Assembly (NCBI RefSeq): GCF_964204645.1
Contig: NC_134035.1
Location: forward strand, 9,022,451 to 9,086,450
Source: Tubulanus polymorphus
Taxonomy: Eukaryota; Animalia; Nemertea
DNA length: 64,000 nucleotides
Direction: 5' to 3'
Every line of letters begins with the position of its first letter. The first letter of the stretch is position 1. A program made the translations under genes and the position numbers. The notes beneath the pieces are model-generated. The model saw only the letters and a list, made by a program, of their open reading frames with translations, made no database searches and had not been told where the DNA came from. Of this stretch, positions 36,350 to 51,186 are shown in pieces.

Positions 36350-39300
36350 ATGGATGATGATGGACAGGCTACGATTGACGATAGTCTAGTAACAGAAGCT
36401 AGAGAAATACATCATCATCAATCCGTTGTACCGGTGGTCGCTGATGATGAAGATGTTGAGGAAAATGAAGATGCAGCTCTCGGACTTCGACTGTTATTAC
36501 AGGTATTACCACTGATTATTCCACCCTCCATGGCTTAGGGCAAAATGATTGCGTTTGAATTGCAACTGGCACCGGAAATGATCCATTTAGCTTTGTTTGA
36601 GCATTGTTTAGTATCAAGTGAATGGTTTGTTTGTGTGAACGTGCTCTTTCATTAGATCCGTGCCAATTTGGCCCGTGCCAAATCGTCTCCATGATGCGGC
36701 TAATAGCTTTAGGGCAAGCCTGATTGTCTAACTTTTGAATAGGATAGAAGCAAAAATCAGTACCAAAGCTTTTAATTTTCTAGTCAAGCCAACTCTTAGG
36801 CCTAACTGTGGATCTACATTCTGCAGCTTTATAGGGCCTAACACTTTTACCATAACGTCTAAACTCCACTGATTTAATGATGATGATTTTTAATGATGAT
36901 GATGATGATAAAGCAACCTTTTAAAATAATCAACCTGGGTCCGGTTTCTCTTGAGAAGTTTAAGAAGAACTGATGAAGAAATTAAATCAATTCCAAAGTT
37001 AAACGTCTTTGTGATACTGATCCCCGAGATTCAGAAGTTAATCTTGAACTTGAACTTTACTTTATTGCTCCACATAATAAGCTTACACGAATTGCGAAGG
37101 AAATGACGTGCAATGAAATATTAACATGAATACTAGAGTACGGTAGGCCTACAAGACAATGATAGATGAGCAGTAAGATTACAGAGAAACAATGAAAAAC
37201 ACAAAATGATAACAATATTGAGAAAAATAGAAGAAAACTAGATATAAGAAATATGTACAGCACAAAAACTTATAGGCTAAGCAGGAGAAAAAAGCATTAC
37301 GACGATGAATGGTGGGCATTTTAAAAGAGTTGACTAATTCACAATCAGCAAAAATACATACATCTTTATGTATTTTTGCAGTCAGTCATAATCAATAACT
37401 GTAGACTGTATGTAGAAATTCTATAATTGTTATTGTTTTAGGCTCCGAATGAAGATTCGGCTCTCGTGATCAGCGGTGATCAACTGAACGACGACGACGA
37501 AAACGCGATTAACGAAGATCATAAGGGTCTGGTCGAGAACGTCGAATCATCGGTTGTCGATTTGATGAACCCGGCGTCGATGACGACGGTTCAATCGGTT
37601 TACGACGCGAACCAAACGTTCATCGAACCGGGCGACACGGTTCTGCAAGCGGTTACCCTCGCCGACGGTTCCACTGCTTATATCGAGAGGACGTTTTCTA
37701 AAGGTATGCGAGAGAGAGAGACCTTCTTTATGTGTTTATTGGGCGGGGTATTGGTGAACTCATCTTCACCCGTCAAGGGATTCGAACCCACTACGCTAAA
37801 GCTGTTCGCCGAACCCCTTGACCTCATGAGTCGTTGGAGTCGTTACTAGCCGACCAGAATCCGGTCGTACCAATCACAGCGCTTGAAACAAACGACTTTA
37901 GGCTTCTATTGGTTTTCCCGTTAAATAGACCAATCAGCGAACGTTTTACTGAACAAGGAAGTATTTGGCAAATCGATATATGACGTCATGTGCAACAGCG
38001 TCAGTAATGAAATCACGCTTCGTGAGGCCAGGGGGCTGGTGGAAGCGAGTTCAGGAAAGATACTGGAGCCCTGGCAAGCGAGGATGCGTTGAACTTGGTG
38101 TCCACTTACCTGGAAAACCTGGAAAACAGGGAATCATAAAAATCAGGGAAATTTCAGGGAGTTTGAATAATGCTATTGACCAATGCTGTTTCTTTATTAG
38201 TACATGATTAAAAGAAAAATTATGAATTGTAAGATTTTAATCCTAGAAATATCTCTGATTTACTCTGGGAATTTTGTATAGGCCTAATCACATGAAAAAA
38301 AATCTTAGAAGACTCATGGAATTTGACAAATTTAGCGAAAAACCTATTGAAAAAAACAGGGAATTGGATAATGCTATTGACCAAGTGTTTCTTTATCAAT
38401 GCGTGATTCATAAGAAATGTTTTAAATTGTAACATTTTAAACCAAGAAATATCTCGGATTTACTCGGAATTTTGTGTTATAACATGGACAACTCGGGGAA
38501 TAAGTAAAGTGGCTGTAGAAAGATGAAAAGATTTCATTGGCAAGTCAATTTATAAAGGGTCTTGAATCATCTTACAACTGTTCTGAAGTTGTTTGAAGCT
38601 ATATATCATTGGACTGGTCCTAAATCTAAGCCTTGACAGTGCATCTAGTCCTCAAGAACCAGGTCCGCTGTTGTGAGTTCAGATTTCCTGGGTGGAATTG
38701 AATACATGTAAAAGCGAAATTTAGAATGATTTTAACTCTGAAATTTTCCAACTTCAACCAACAGTAGAACAGATATAGCCCTGGATTATTTTATCACTGG
38801 GCTGCGATAATCTAATCTGAAATCTTCTTATTTTTCTTCTCGCAGAAGAACAGCAGTTGATAGCCAGTCAGAATCAACTAGTCGAAGGACACATCGACGC
38901 TGAACAACAACAGATAATTCAACAAACGCCGAAATTCGTCGAGGGTCAAGCTATACAACTAGAAGATGGAACTCATGCATTTATTCACTCGGCACCTAAA
39001 AGTACCAAGTTCAAAATGTCGCAAAATATACAGTAGACTCCTGTTAAATTGAATCCCTTCCCGTAAAATGATCACAAACACAAATTGTAGAAACAAATTG
39101 TGATAGGTGGCTTCTGACCTTGAAAACCTGGAAAACTCAGGGAATCAGAAAAATCAGGGAAAGTTCGTGGAATTTGACAAATTTTACAAAAAACCTTGAA
39201 AATTCAGGGAATTTGCATAATGCTATGGACCACGTGCTACTTTATCAGTACGCGATTCAATGAAAAATGAATTGTAACATTTTAAACCTAGAAATTTCTC

Positions 39301-42300
39301 TGATTAACTCAGGGAATTTTGTGTAATCACATGGAAAAGTCTGGGATTTGTAAACGGGTGGAAAGTTGATCGAATATCAACTAAAATTGCATAGTTACAC
39401 AAAAAGTCACTGTCCTCTAGTTGGGAGCGGTCTGCTGCACTATTTTATCGAATAATCTAGATCATATAATGATTTTCTGAATTTTACAGGTGGCATGCAA
39501 GCAATTCAATTAGAAGATGGATCCACTGCTTATATATCACCTGTGTTCAGTCAAGTAGGTACTTCACTCTGCTATTAACCAAATGATCGTGTGTATGTAT
39601 TTTAGAAATGATCAGTCAATGATGATGTATTTGTTTCTACACTCACACAGGCAAATACTGCGGTAACAGCACAGGCCCCGAATGTGGTAGCATCAACGTC
39701 TAGTCCAGCTGCTATTACAACTATAGATGTAGAGTCCATTCGTGCAGTACGTACATATCCACGGGGTAGTTGGGTAAAAATGGGAACATTCTTTTGTGCG
39801 TATTGATGACGTGGGGTTCTTACGGAAAGTCTTTGAAAGTTCTGGAAAGTGGGAATTTTTTCCCAGGCCCTTGAAAAGCTATGGTAATATTATGGAAAAT
39901 GAAGTAGTGAAATAAACTTGAAGAACCCTGATGAGGTGTTGAAAATCAGCCATATTTTGCATCCTCCATACTTCATGACACAAAGAATACCGTTTAAAAT
40001 TTGCAATTAACAGTATAGAATGGTTTAGGAGAAAGTTTGTGTTTGATTTCTAGTCATTCTTACCGAAGCGTACACCGAGCGAGCGAGCCCTGGCACTCGG
40101 AGAGAAGGCTTTCCGTTGTGAATACGCCGGTTGCGGTCGTCTCTATACCACACAGCATCACCTTAAAGTACGTATCATTCATAATCAGAATAGTTTTTAT
40201 GCACTAGATAATCAAAAGCATGTTTCGAGTCTTAGTTTCAAGTTATTAACCCTTTCAGTGCTTTCTAATTAATACCTTAAAGTGCTGGAGATTATTTGGA
40301 AATTTTTGAAAATAACAGGCATACCGCTGTAATACGTCTACACCTCAGTGCGGTGTATTGTTAGGAACTTATATGTAACTGTGTTTGACTTGTGCTGCCA
40401 TCTTACAATAGCGATAAAAACTAATTTCGAATTACATCAGTACACAATGGTTCGGTGTACTAGCATAGTCCATCACTGATTTATAAACCGCACTGTGGTG
40501 TAGACGCACTGAAAGTGCAAGATAAATCAAAATGAAATATCTATTTTTTTCAGGTTCACGAGCGTTCACACACCGGTGACCGGCCGTTTCGTTGCGATTT
40601 TCCCGATTGCGAAAAAGCGTTTGCCACCGGTTACGGATTGAAGTCGCACACTCGCGTACACACCGGGGAAAAGCCGTACAAGTGTCCGGACTCGGCGTGC
40701 GAGAAAGCGTTCAAAACATCGGGAGATCTACAAAAGCATATACGCACACATACGGGTATGTATTAAACATAGAACTTTACTTGATAAGCAAAACCCACAG
40801 TTGTTGATGTAACAATTTATTCTGACAGTTTCAAAGTTATGACTAAACTTCTTCATCAGAGAAATGGAGATGATGAAGTTTAGTCGAAACTTTGAAAGTA
40901 GAAACAGTTAGAATAAACTGTTAAATCATCAACTGTGGGTTTTGCATATAAACTCTTAATACTGATATCAATACCAGTCTCTGCCAGTCATAACTCTTTA
41001 CTGTCAGTGTAATGTGTAATTTAAAGCCTTTGTAGTAAAAAAATGCTTCAATTTATTTGAAAAAATTTTCGTTTCTCCCATCTGGAAAATCAGCTGCTAG
41101 ATGAGGTGAATCTATGAGATGACGACATCGTGGTGAATTCGTTAGTTGGCCTACAAAGCCTGCTAGCGTGCCAAAAATGAAACTGCGAGTGAATGGAGAA
41201 ATTCCTTGTTTTGAAATGTTACAATTTAATTCATGATCGTGAATCTTACATTGATAAAGAAAGGCGTGGTAAATCAGCAATATCCAAAATCCAGTAGTTT
41301 TCTGGATTTTCTGATTCCCTGAATTTTTCCAGACCAATCGAATGATTATGATTTTCTGTTTTCTGTTTGAACTAGGTGAACGACCGTTTAAATGTCCGTT
41401 TGAAGGCTGCGATCGTTCGTTTACGACGAGTAATATACGTAAAGTTCACATCCGTACGCACACCGGGGAACGTCCATACGTCTGTGATCTGGAGGGCTGC
41501 GGAAAATCATTCGCTAGCGCTACCAATTACAAGAATCATATACGTATTCATTCCGGTTAGTATGCTTATACGCTGTAAACTCTGTCCGCCTCGGATCTCG
41601 TGGAACCAATTGTCTCTTGAGGTACCCGAATTCCGAGGACCGTTGGGGCCGGGATGGGCTGTGATCATGATGAATTGTAGTAAGAAAATTCGTTAGGTCG
41701 GGCATGTGATAATCCGAGGCGATCGACTCTGGGGTAAAAGGTGTCCACTGAATCACCGTGCCTGGACGTAAACAATATTTCATAGTTACTCAACTTTCAA
41801 CTTCCGGTAGTTATTTTCCTCTTATCGATGGGAATCTTTATGAGAATTTCTCGGCATACTTGCTTTGAAATTAGTCACAACTTAACTAAGTATGGTAGAC
41901 TACCCCTGTTTATCAAATACTGACTAAAATTTTCAGTCAGGTCAACTCCGGGGTCAACTTCTAGTACCAGGGTACCTAATGCTCCTTGAAAACTTTTTCC
42001 AAATGGAAATTGCTTTTAAAAGCGCTTGAAACTCCTTTGATTGGAGCAAAGTGCAGAAGCTCTTTTAACTCCTTCACTTTTGAGAAACAGGCAATTAGAA
42101 ATTTTAGAAGTTGTACGTAAAAAAGACTACGCCTAAATCGATACAGCTGGGACCTGGATTTTTTGCCCGATTCGGCGGTTACCGAATTAGAAAGGATAGG
42201 AATTTGCTTACAAAACCACTGAAATAATGGTTTACCAAGATAAACAGTACGGATTTAAGAGGAGTCTACCATAATTCGGATATCAAAGTGATGCAGATGC

Positions 42301-45230
42301 TTCTCCTTTAAAACTCCTTGAAAACTCCTTATACCCAGGCTGATCAGTTGGGACCCTGAAGTACATTTAGGTGGATGAGATACTCAAATCCTGATGGAGG
42401 TGTTTGTTGTATTGTATATTTGCAGGTGAGAAGCCGTATGTTTGTATGGTTCAGGGATGCAACAAACGTTTCACGGAATATTCCAGTTTATATAAACACC
42501 ACGTCGTTCACACTCACTCGAAACCGTATATCTGTAACCACTGCGGTAAAAACTATCGGCAGACGTCGACTCTAGCGATGCACAGACGTACGGCGCACGG
42601 CGACGATAGTCCGTTAGAGGCTGACGTAATGGCTACTGCAGACGGTACGTATAAAAACTGATGATGCGAGATCAGCGGTCAGATGCTCAAAAGATGGTTA
42701 AAGATAACCGGCAAATAAATTCCATAGTTGAGTAACAATGAACTTTTAATTGATACTATCGTGTCAACCATCCACTGGTTGAGGGCTTAGTAAAATTCAG
42801 ACGAACGAAGCCCTTTACTCTAACCAACCTTTGAGCAACTGCGGCCCCTGGGTTCTTACAGATCAGGGAATACAAAATTCCCAGATATTTTCCCTGATAG
42901 AATTACGATATATCCTGCGGGGTCTTTCTTATCGAGAGGTTCCTCTTGCGACTCGTCACCAGCAAGCACAACACAAGGCACCAAGACAAAACTCAATTCC
43001 ATGAATATTTCCATTTTCCAAGAAAAGTTGAAATTCCCGGATCTTGTGGAACCCTGGGAGATTTAGTTGTTATGGGTTATTTTGTGAATCATTTGAAGCG
43101 GCAGGAGTTACTAAGTTACAAGTCTACCAATACCTCTGTAATCTCAGATTCAGGTACACTGTTGGGAGATAAATTTCACTTCCCCAGTTGCGCAGGTCTG
43201 AGATAATTCTGACTGAAATAAAAGTTATTACCGTGGAAAGAGTTATTTTGAACATCATTTAATGAAAAATTAGCTTCTTCCTATGTATATAATGCTTAAG
43301 ATTGCATCGGGTTCAAATCAGCAGCTAAATTTTGCTAAGTACCTTATAACTTTTTATGTTCTATTTTGGGACAGGAGGTCCTGCGCCGAAGAGAAGTCGA
43401 ATGCAATTCCAGTTGGCAGCGCCGGCAGATATTTCGAACGTCGGTGGTGAAGGATCTATTGGTGCTGCAGATGACGGCGAGGGAACGTTAGTTATAAACA
43501 CTGGAGAACCACAGGTGTGTATGATGATAGGAAGCTAAGAGAGAAAGAATTTGTCTCGACCTGCTACTGAAATTTTGTTGAATTTATATCCAGCCACTCA
43601 TTACACTAATAAGAGTAATTTACTATGATTTAGGCAGGTTTTGATTGAACGTATTCGTGTTAAGCAATATCAATTCCGGATTACAAACCATCTACAGGCT
43701 GCTTTTATCAGATCAGGTTTACAGAGTATGCTATTCAGGAATAGGCTGATTTATCCTTGGCCTTCTGGTGGACACAAATCCACCAGAATAAGACTTCGGA
43801 ATCGGTTATAGAGGCTGCCAATCAAAGCCTACCAAACTCTTATCAGGTTTACAGAGTATGCTATTAAGGAATAGGCTGATTTCTCCTTGGCCTCAAATCT
43901 TAAGACTAGTCTTATGTTGTTAGATTGGCTATAGAACTAAGTTCATCTTAGACTGGTCTACGTCTAAGCTATGCTAAGCTTATCTACTCACTCACTATAT
44001 TCAGCTACAGGCATCTCATAGTAACCTAGTGGCTGTCCACTGAAAATGGACCTTAGAATTGGATCGAAATGCCTAGCGCTCATTTAGCTCTTCTTTATTA
44101 TCGTGGATTTTTACTTCAAATCGGTAGAGCGAATTTTCTTGTCAAAACGAATGCGCCAGAACACAATTCCAGAATTGGATGAAACCCATCGAATTTGGGA
44201 ACTGATTTGGATAATTAATGTTTTAGGTAACGATGCTATCGTCGGAGGCGATTGCTCGTATGGTAAACAGCAACGATCAAACGATGGTGGCTATAGCTAC
44301 AAATTCGTCGGTCTTGCAGCATATACAGGCTGGCGTTACCGGACCAGACGGACAACAGATTCTCCTCGTCACCGATACTGCTCAACTTCAAATGCTACAG
44401 GTATGTAACGAAATCAGAATTTAAGTACATAGTTTGGCTGTGGAGAGAAATATGAAATTGCTACTACGGTGGTGGACTCTGTTCATATTCAAGTCACCGG
44501 TCTCGACAATACAGAGTTAATGGGTTTGAATCCTTGTGTGGCTAAAGAGTTTCTTGGTCGAAGATTCTTCTCTGGTCTCTCCTCAATCGGGGAAATAACA
44601 CATCGAACCAACTTCTTATGCCCCTACCTGGTGCTCAGCGGGTTGAGGGTATTGAAAAATAAGAATCTGCTGTTCCTTCTGACTTGGATGTCGCTCTCGA
44701 GTTTCACGGTCCAACGGATCCTACTGGCATCTACTAACCTCGCTATAACGACCTCAGATATAACGATTAATCAGTAATTACAAACCTAGAATTTTGTCCC
44801 AAATAGAACAATTTTAATAATTTCACATTACTATCAGTCAGAACGAACAGAATTTGTTGCCCTCTGAAATTTTGACGAGGTTCCCATGTTTATAAGTCTA
44901 AAGACTGGAGAATTTAATATTCAATAATTACTCTACTTCTTTCAGCAATTAACTCAAAACCCCGGAGGACAACAGCCCGGCGTTCAACTGCACGCGATCA
45001 CTGCGGTACCCGCTGATATTTCAGTAACCCCTTCAAACACGGCAGTGACAACCAATAACTCTCAAACATTCCCCGAATCACCAACAGATGGCGTTAGCGA
45101 AATCTCACCGGCGGATATCGTGAGTACCGATTCATCGCAGGTGACGCCGGAGGAGGAGAACGAGCGACATATTATTGAACCGTTAAATATCGTGATGTCG
45201 CCCGGAATAAAAATCATTCAGAACTCTTAG
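36350..45230 (+). CDS. ZNF143: Zinc finger protein 143 / Staf (ZNF143/ZNF76 family), seven C2H2 fingers
   Basis: Exons 36350-36502, 37442-37703, 38846-39001, 39490-39554, 39651-39746, 40054-40167, 40554-40755, ~41376-41556, 42426-42644, ~43375-43514, 44228-44400, 44946-45230. N-terminal repeats [27 protein letters not shown]. Fingers [58 protein letters not shown] and QTSTLAMH are diagnostic of the family. Confidence 0.95.
37770..37855 (-). mobile_element. tRNA-derived SINE-like fragment
   Basis: The minus strand has a B-box/T-arm GTGGGTTCGAATCCCTTG, but no convincing acceptor stem or D-arm. Confidence 0.4.
40820..40863 (-). ncRNA. Minimal type I hammerhead ribozyme motif in palindromic element 40785-40950
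   Basis: Minus strand: ttct CTGATGA a GAAGTT-tagtcat-AACTTT GAAAC t GTC agaa. Confidence 0.65.
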
Positions 45231-45645
45231 AATTAGAATAACACAGTTTATAATATATCTCTGTGCCAAACAACAGTCTCCAGGGAGTCGGGTGTTTTAA
45301 CCAGTCTTTACTACTTCACATGGTCCCTATAACTCCTTGATTCCTTTAAAACTCCTTCTGTACAGAAAATGTTTAAGGTTCTTGAAACTCCTTCGATTTT
45401 GAGAAATAGGCAACTAGAAATGATTGTTGTTGCACAGTAAACTACACCTAAATCGGTGCAGTTGGCGCCAGGATTTTCTTAACCCAATTAGGCGGTTACC
45501 GAATTAGAGCCAAGTTGTGTAAAAATTTGCTTACTCAACCACCAAATTAATGGTTTTACAAAGATAAACAGCACTGATTTAGGAGGAGTCCACTGTAGTA
45601 AGGATAAGTTAGGAATGTACTTGCTCCTTTAAAACTACCGGTACT

Positions 45646-45774
45646 TATATCCAGGAAAGTCTGATCTGTAGGGATCCTGTATATTCAGGAATGTCTGATC
45701 TGTAGGGACTCTGTATATCCAGGAATGACTGATCAGGACTCTGTATACCCAGGAATGACTGATCTGTAGGGACC
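45646..45774. repeat. ~32-bp tandem repeat (~4 copies) downstream of ZNF143 stop
   Basis: Units like CTGTATATCCAGGAATGACTGATCTGTAGGGAC, at the end of an interspersed repeat also seen near 27295-27730, 41970-42360 and 53505-53740. Confidence 0.7.
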
Positions 45775-46341
45775 TTGCTTCAGTATCCTCTCACCGAGTT
45801 ACGACTTGTTTAGGAAACCGCACTCAAGTCGTCTGTAGCTAAATTCTGTTTGAAGTTGAAGAAATGTACGTTGTGTTGTAATATTGTTAAATAAATTGAA
45901 GTTTTCAATAATAGTTCAATCTCTGAGCACACTCACTATCAGTATCAGTTGTGGAATGGTGTCCCATACCTCAAACAAATATCAATCCAAATTTGTCCGA
46001 TTTTGTCGAAATCAACACATTTATTTATGTACAATTACATCACAGAAATACTTAAGTATATAACAAAGATGTGTAAGGAGGTTTATTTGGACGGATGAAA
46101 ATTGTTGTAGAAACAATTATTTTGGTTTAGATACCTGCATACACTATATATAATAGTTCAGAGAAGCAGTTTAAATTGAATGGGTAAATTTTGAATATTC
46201 AGATGAAATCTGCTCAAAGTGTTCAATATTAAAGTTGCATCACAGAGTTGATTACATATAATGTTCATTTGAATGATTTAGCAGCTTCTGCTGCTATTGC
46301 TGTGGCAAGATCCGATAGAGATTGAAACAACGAACAGTTTT

Positions 46342-49300
46342 CTATGGTTTCCAGGTGATAACTTTTTCAGCGATTTGAGCTGCTTTAACTACGGCGGGAA
46401 TTTCGTCGGTAAGGCGTTCTCGGATCTGAAAATGTATTTCAACAAATGGTAGATGATGGGGAAAGATTTAATGTAATTTAATGTAATAACATAGAGTAAA
46501 TCATGTCTTAATTCAAGTACATACCTTTTCGATATGTTCTAGAAGAGTTTTTCTGCCTTTAGGAGCTTCTGATAAACACGTCAATGCCTAGAAATCATAA
46601 AACATCGCAGTACCTTTCAGGTGTTTTCACGGACACCAAGATGATCAGAGCTCCATCATTTATTTCGATAGACAACTTTCATCGCAGTTTCCAAATTACA
46701 GCAAAATTTACTTACTTTGAGAGCGTTTAATCTGACTTCACTGGTTGAATCATCAACAAGTTGAACTAATGGTGCAATAGCCTCAGAATCAATAGCTGCA
46801 TATTTACCATCAGTTGTTATTGTAATCCTACATGAAATATTGATTATCTCTATAAAAACCTTATTCATCCGTAGCCTCGGTTTATAGCTGAACAGTTAGG
46901 TAACTCACGTGGCTATGGCACCGGCACTGGAGGCACGGACGCTTGCTTCAGAATCGGTGAGTAATCCAACCAGCGATGGCAATGCTTTCACTTCGACTGC
47001 CTTATTTTTACCCGCGAGTGGAACGCTGTAAGATTAACAGAAAAAGAAGCTTATCTTTGGCGTTAATTCAAAACAAGGATAGGTCTATTTTGAAATGTCT
47101 ACATAGCGGGAGTACTCAAACAAGGATGATGAAAAATGTAAGCGTGAATGAACGAAAAAGAACTCGAACTTAAAAAACTGAAAATCTAGAAAAAGGAAAA
47201 TATGAATCAATTGAAAAAGGATAGATTAAGTTTCAAAACAGCAGGGCCTGGTTTCATAGACTGGGTATCAAAGTTACCCCTAGGGGTATACCGGTATCCT
47301 CAACCTGGTTGACGGCACTGAGTACCGGTAACAATGAAAAACTATGGTTATAACTGACAAATTTTTAAAAATGTTCCCAAAAAATTATTTTGCTCCCACA
47401 CACCTATGAAACCCAGTCCGGATAATGTAGCTAAAATAGTTGTATCACGAAAGCTACCTCTTAGCAATCTCCTCATTCATCAAATGTATTCTCGGCATGG
47501 CACTAAATTCGTTGTTAAAAACGGAACATTGAAACCAAATCAAAACATAAAATAAGTTAGTAGTAATGTGTGTACAACTCATTTATATTTAGGTAGTGCG
47601 AAATGAAACGCGAGAGATTTCGAATAGTTAATACCTGAGATCCATGATGTCTCTGGCAGCTTTAGCTCTGATAATCGGCGACTGATGTTGTAGTAATTTT
47701 GTAAATTCTTGCATGGCTTCGTTTGACAAAGCGTCGACAGTATCAACTCGCATACAGTAATGTAATGTATCGAGAATTAACTCCTGAAATCAAAACAAAA
47801 TCCTGAGATTTAGAGATAGAGTGGTATAAGCCGACTGGTCTTGTCAATCTAGCGTTGGTGGGTTACGGGGTGGATCTAGGGGTAAATCTGAGAGTCAGCT
47901 CACAATTTTAGGGGCATACCTAAAAGAAAAGGGCACTGATAACACACCAAAATTTTTTAGATTCCAGCACTGATTTGAAGCCATTTCCTGCATTATAAGT
48001 CATGAAATTGTTTAGCGAGCAAAATTTTTTGAGGGCACTTAAAAAAAATTTCAGGGTCTTCCAGAAGACCTGTAAGACCCCCTAGATCCGCGCCTGGGTT
48101 AAAATCCTGGTGGTTTCCACAGTTACATTAATTAGAAATTCCCACGTATTTCATGGATGATCTCTCAAATTTCCCAAAGAGAAAATTGGGCCTTTCCTTA
48201 AAATGAACAGATATCATCATACTACATTCAACATTTTAGAAGTAACTTAAGTTGTTTTTGTTTAAGTTTTTGGCAAAAAAGGTGAAGTAAAATTGCGAAA
48301 TCAGATCGAAGCAGAGGTCGGTATTGTATTCAACGAACCTTTATTTCATCGTGTTCCGATATCAATTTTTCGACCAATTTTCCGACTAATTTCGTCTCGA
48401 CGATTCCTGCAGCCCCGATCGGCGTCTCCGAAATCATTTCGATTGTTTTGTGAGCGTTTTTGCGCGCGATATCTTCTTTATCTTCGAATAAATCGGCGAC
48501 CGGTGGAATTATCTCGAAATGTAACAGCGCGTCCCGTCCGATAGCGTGATCTAGAAATTTTTCAATTTCGCATAGGAGAAAATTAATCCGGATCAATGGA
48601 GTACCGACGGTACACACCAGATGGCGCAACAATTCACAGAGTTATAAGTAGTGTTAACCCTTTCAGTGCTGACTAATTGATACCCTATAGTGCTTGAGAA
48701 AATGAAAATTTGGGAAAATTCCACCCTAGTGTGTTGAATAACGGGAATAGCACTATAATGCGTCTACACCGCGGCGCGGTGTATCATTAGTTTCTAATAT
48801 TTCACTATGTTTGACAGGTGCTGCCATCTTTCAAGAGAGATAATTACTAATTAAATCAATACATCGCAGTGCGGTGTACTAGCAAAATCCATCACCGATT
48901 TATACAACGCACTGCGGTGTAGACGCACTGAAAGGGTTAATAAATTCATTTTGTTCGATGAAATTTGAATTAGATGTGAATATAATTGCACAAGTCATCG
49001 AATAGATATCAAATCACCCTGAATTGTAAATAGTTGAGACTATTTCCGGTCCTGATGAATATCATCGAGAGAAATGCATGATATCATTTATCAACACTAT
49101 TTTTTTCTTACGTTTCCTTCCACCCATTTTCAGAGTTTATTTGAAAAATTTGAAAACGTGAGAAAAAATGAAACAACAGTTGTTTGATTGATATTGTGGG
49201 TTTCTCAAAATGATATTGAATTGCCCTTGTCACTCAATGTATATAGATTGAATGCAAATTGATTTACTAATTGGAAAATTTTACTCGAACATAAGTGAAA

Positions 49301-50129
49301 TGTTGTCGAAATAAAAGCGCGGTATCTTAGCAGAAACCACGAGCGACACCTGCATTAAAGATCTTACTCACTTGCGATAACGTATAAACATTCTGTAGCT
49401 TTTTGTCTGCAAGTCAGATCCGGGTCTTTCAATAATCCTTTTAAACTCTGGGGTATACCTGAAATCGATTTTTCAGGAAAAACAAACAACATCTTTAGCT
49501 TGGAACAAAATCATAATGCGATGAAGTCACATATGCAGTCAACCCCCCCCATATACCGCCCACATCGGTGCAGAATGATTTTGGCAGTATAGAGAGTATG
49601 GCGGTATATAGGGGGTAGGGGGTGTTTAACTATGTATTTGTATAGAAATGTACATTGAGCAAACCTTGCGGTAGGCGGGGTGGCGGTATATGAGAGGGTG
49701 GTATATCGGGGTAACTGAAGAAATGATCTTCAAGACGTTACAAATGGCGGTTTTTTTAAAGCAGAATTACTCAATTTCTTACTCCTCCCTGATGGACACA
49801 TCTAAGCTTAAAGAATGGTTCCTAATAAGCTTGCTTGCTACACGTACCCAATCTGAGAGCATCTGATATGTGTTCCGGGTCGTGCAAGTAATCGCATAAT
49901 GACATCAACGCCCGCTGTTTTGTCAGAAGATTCAAATCATTTAACTCTTTATTCTAAAAAGAATGATGTCGATATAAATACAACAACATGGACTGTGGAT
50001 GTAGAGTAAGCGCAAGGCGTCATTTGAATAACTTACTAATCTTGGTAGAGCTCTATTGCCATACGCCAGTGGAGTTCTGGTCGGGTCGATGAGCGGGGGA
50101 TATTTCGCAGAGATTATTGTATCCGCCAT
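46342..50129 (-). CDS. RSPH14: Radial spoke head protein 14 homolog (armadillo repeats)
   Basis: Exons 50129-50037 (MADTIISAKYPPLIDPTRTPLAYGNRALPRL), 49953-49848 (QRALMSLCDYLHDPE), ~49458-49371, 48550-48338, 47782-47635, 47027-46908, 46827-46716, 46587-46525 and 46425-46342 (AAQIAEKVITWKP*). N- and C-termini are characteristic of RSPH14/RTDR1. Confidence 0.9.
48658..48936. mobile_element. piggyBac-like MITE (TTAA TSD, CCC...GGG ends)
   Basis: TTAA|CCCTTTCAGTGC...GCACTGAAAGGG|TTAA. Copies at ~40250-40515, 54076-54331 and fragmentary ~31310-31490. Confidence 0.8.
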
Positions 50130-51186
50130 GATGTTTTACGTCCTTTCTCTCTGAAAAAGTAAACAATCATCATAAGGGCACATTTGTTTATTGGTAGAAT
50201 AAAATTCGTGAATGAATTGGATTGATGTATCAATTTTTGGAAGAATCGTCAATTCGGTTTGAATCAATGTCCTAAAATTAGATCTGATACAGTTTATCGT
50301 TATGAATCATGTGAATACCATATGAAAGTTAGACGGAACCGTCGAATGAATGAAGGAGAACGTTGTAAATGTATTAAACTTGAACTTACCCTTTTATTCT
50401 GGTTGTCAATGTAAACTATGTTTGGTTATTATACGCAATACCGCATAGTACACGTACTGAGGTGGCAGCACTGACTGGAGTTTTAGAAAATTACTCCAAT
50501 AACTTCGAGTAGGAAAATCACCTATCTATATCCTAGTCCCTTATCATAATCATCATCATCTTAAATATCGGGGGATGGACTGAAGCCTGTCATTACAGGT
50601 ATATTGGTCGCCGGTACATTTCGATCGAGCCGCCAGTATCGGATCCTCAAATTCTTCACCGTTAAGTGCTGCCGCTATATATTTGATTTGCGGGGAAAAT
50701 GTGAACTAACTCGGTTGCTCAACTTTCTCACTGTGGCACGCGAGTAATGAGTTAGTTCGCCGATTCGCCGTTAACGATGTGTATAGGGGCAGCACATGAC
50801 GGTTGAGATTTCATCACCAGCTTCATATGATCATTGCCCTCACACCCAACATTCGAGTCTGGATGAATAACACAATTGAATACGTAGCCATCTTTGGAGA
50901 TAAACAATACAAATATATGAGAATTTCCAATGTAACCCATCATAAGCACACACCTACTAGTAGACAAAGGCACATGAATTATAAAGTCGCCGAAGACAAA
51001 AGAGGAATAGTCACAATTAAGCCTATGGAAAATTCTGGAGAATGCACCCACAAATGCAAAATGAGAAGAAACTAATAGATCAATTTTCGTGCATCAGTAT
51101 AATTTATATTTGGCATTTTATCATAAATAAAGATGAAATTAATACAGCGCAGTATTATAAATGAACCGTCTAAACACTAGTCTTAC

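Noticed and set aside
39927-39950. CTGATGA...GAAA as another hammerhead (also 2622, 7384, 36970, 42658)
   Set aside because: There is no stem II or stem I pairing around the core, so these are chance matches.
50752-51075. Overlapping 99-aa and 90-aa ORFs between CARS1 and RSPH14
   Set aside because: They have no recognisable motifs and most likely lie in the CARS1 3' UTR or intergenic DNA.
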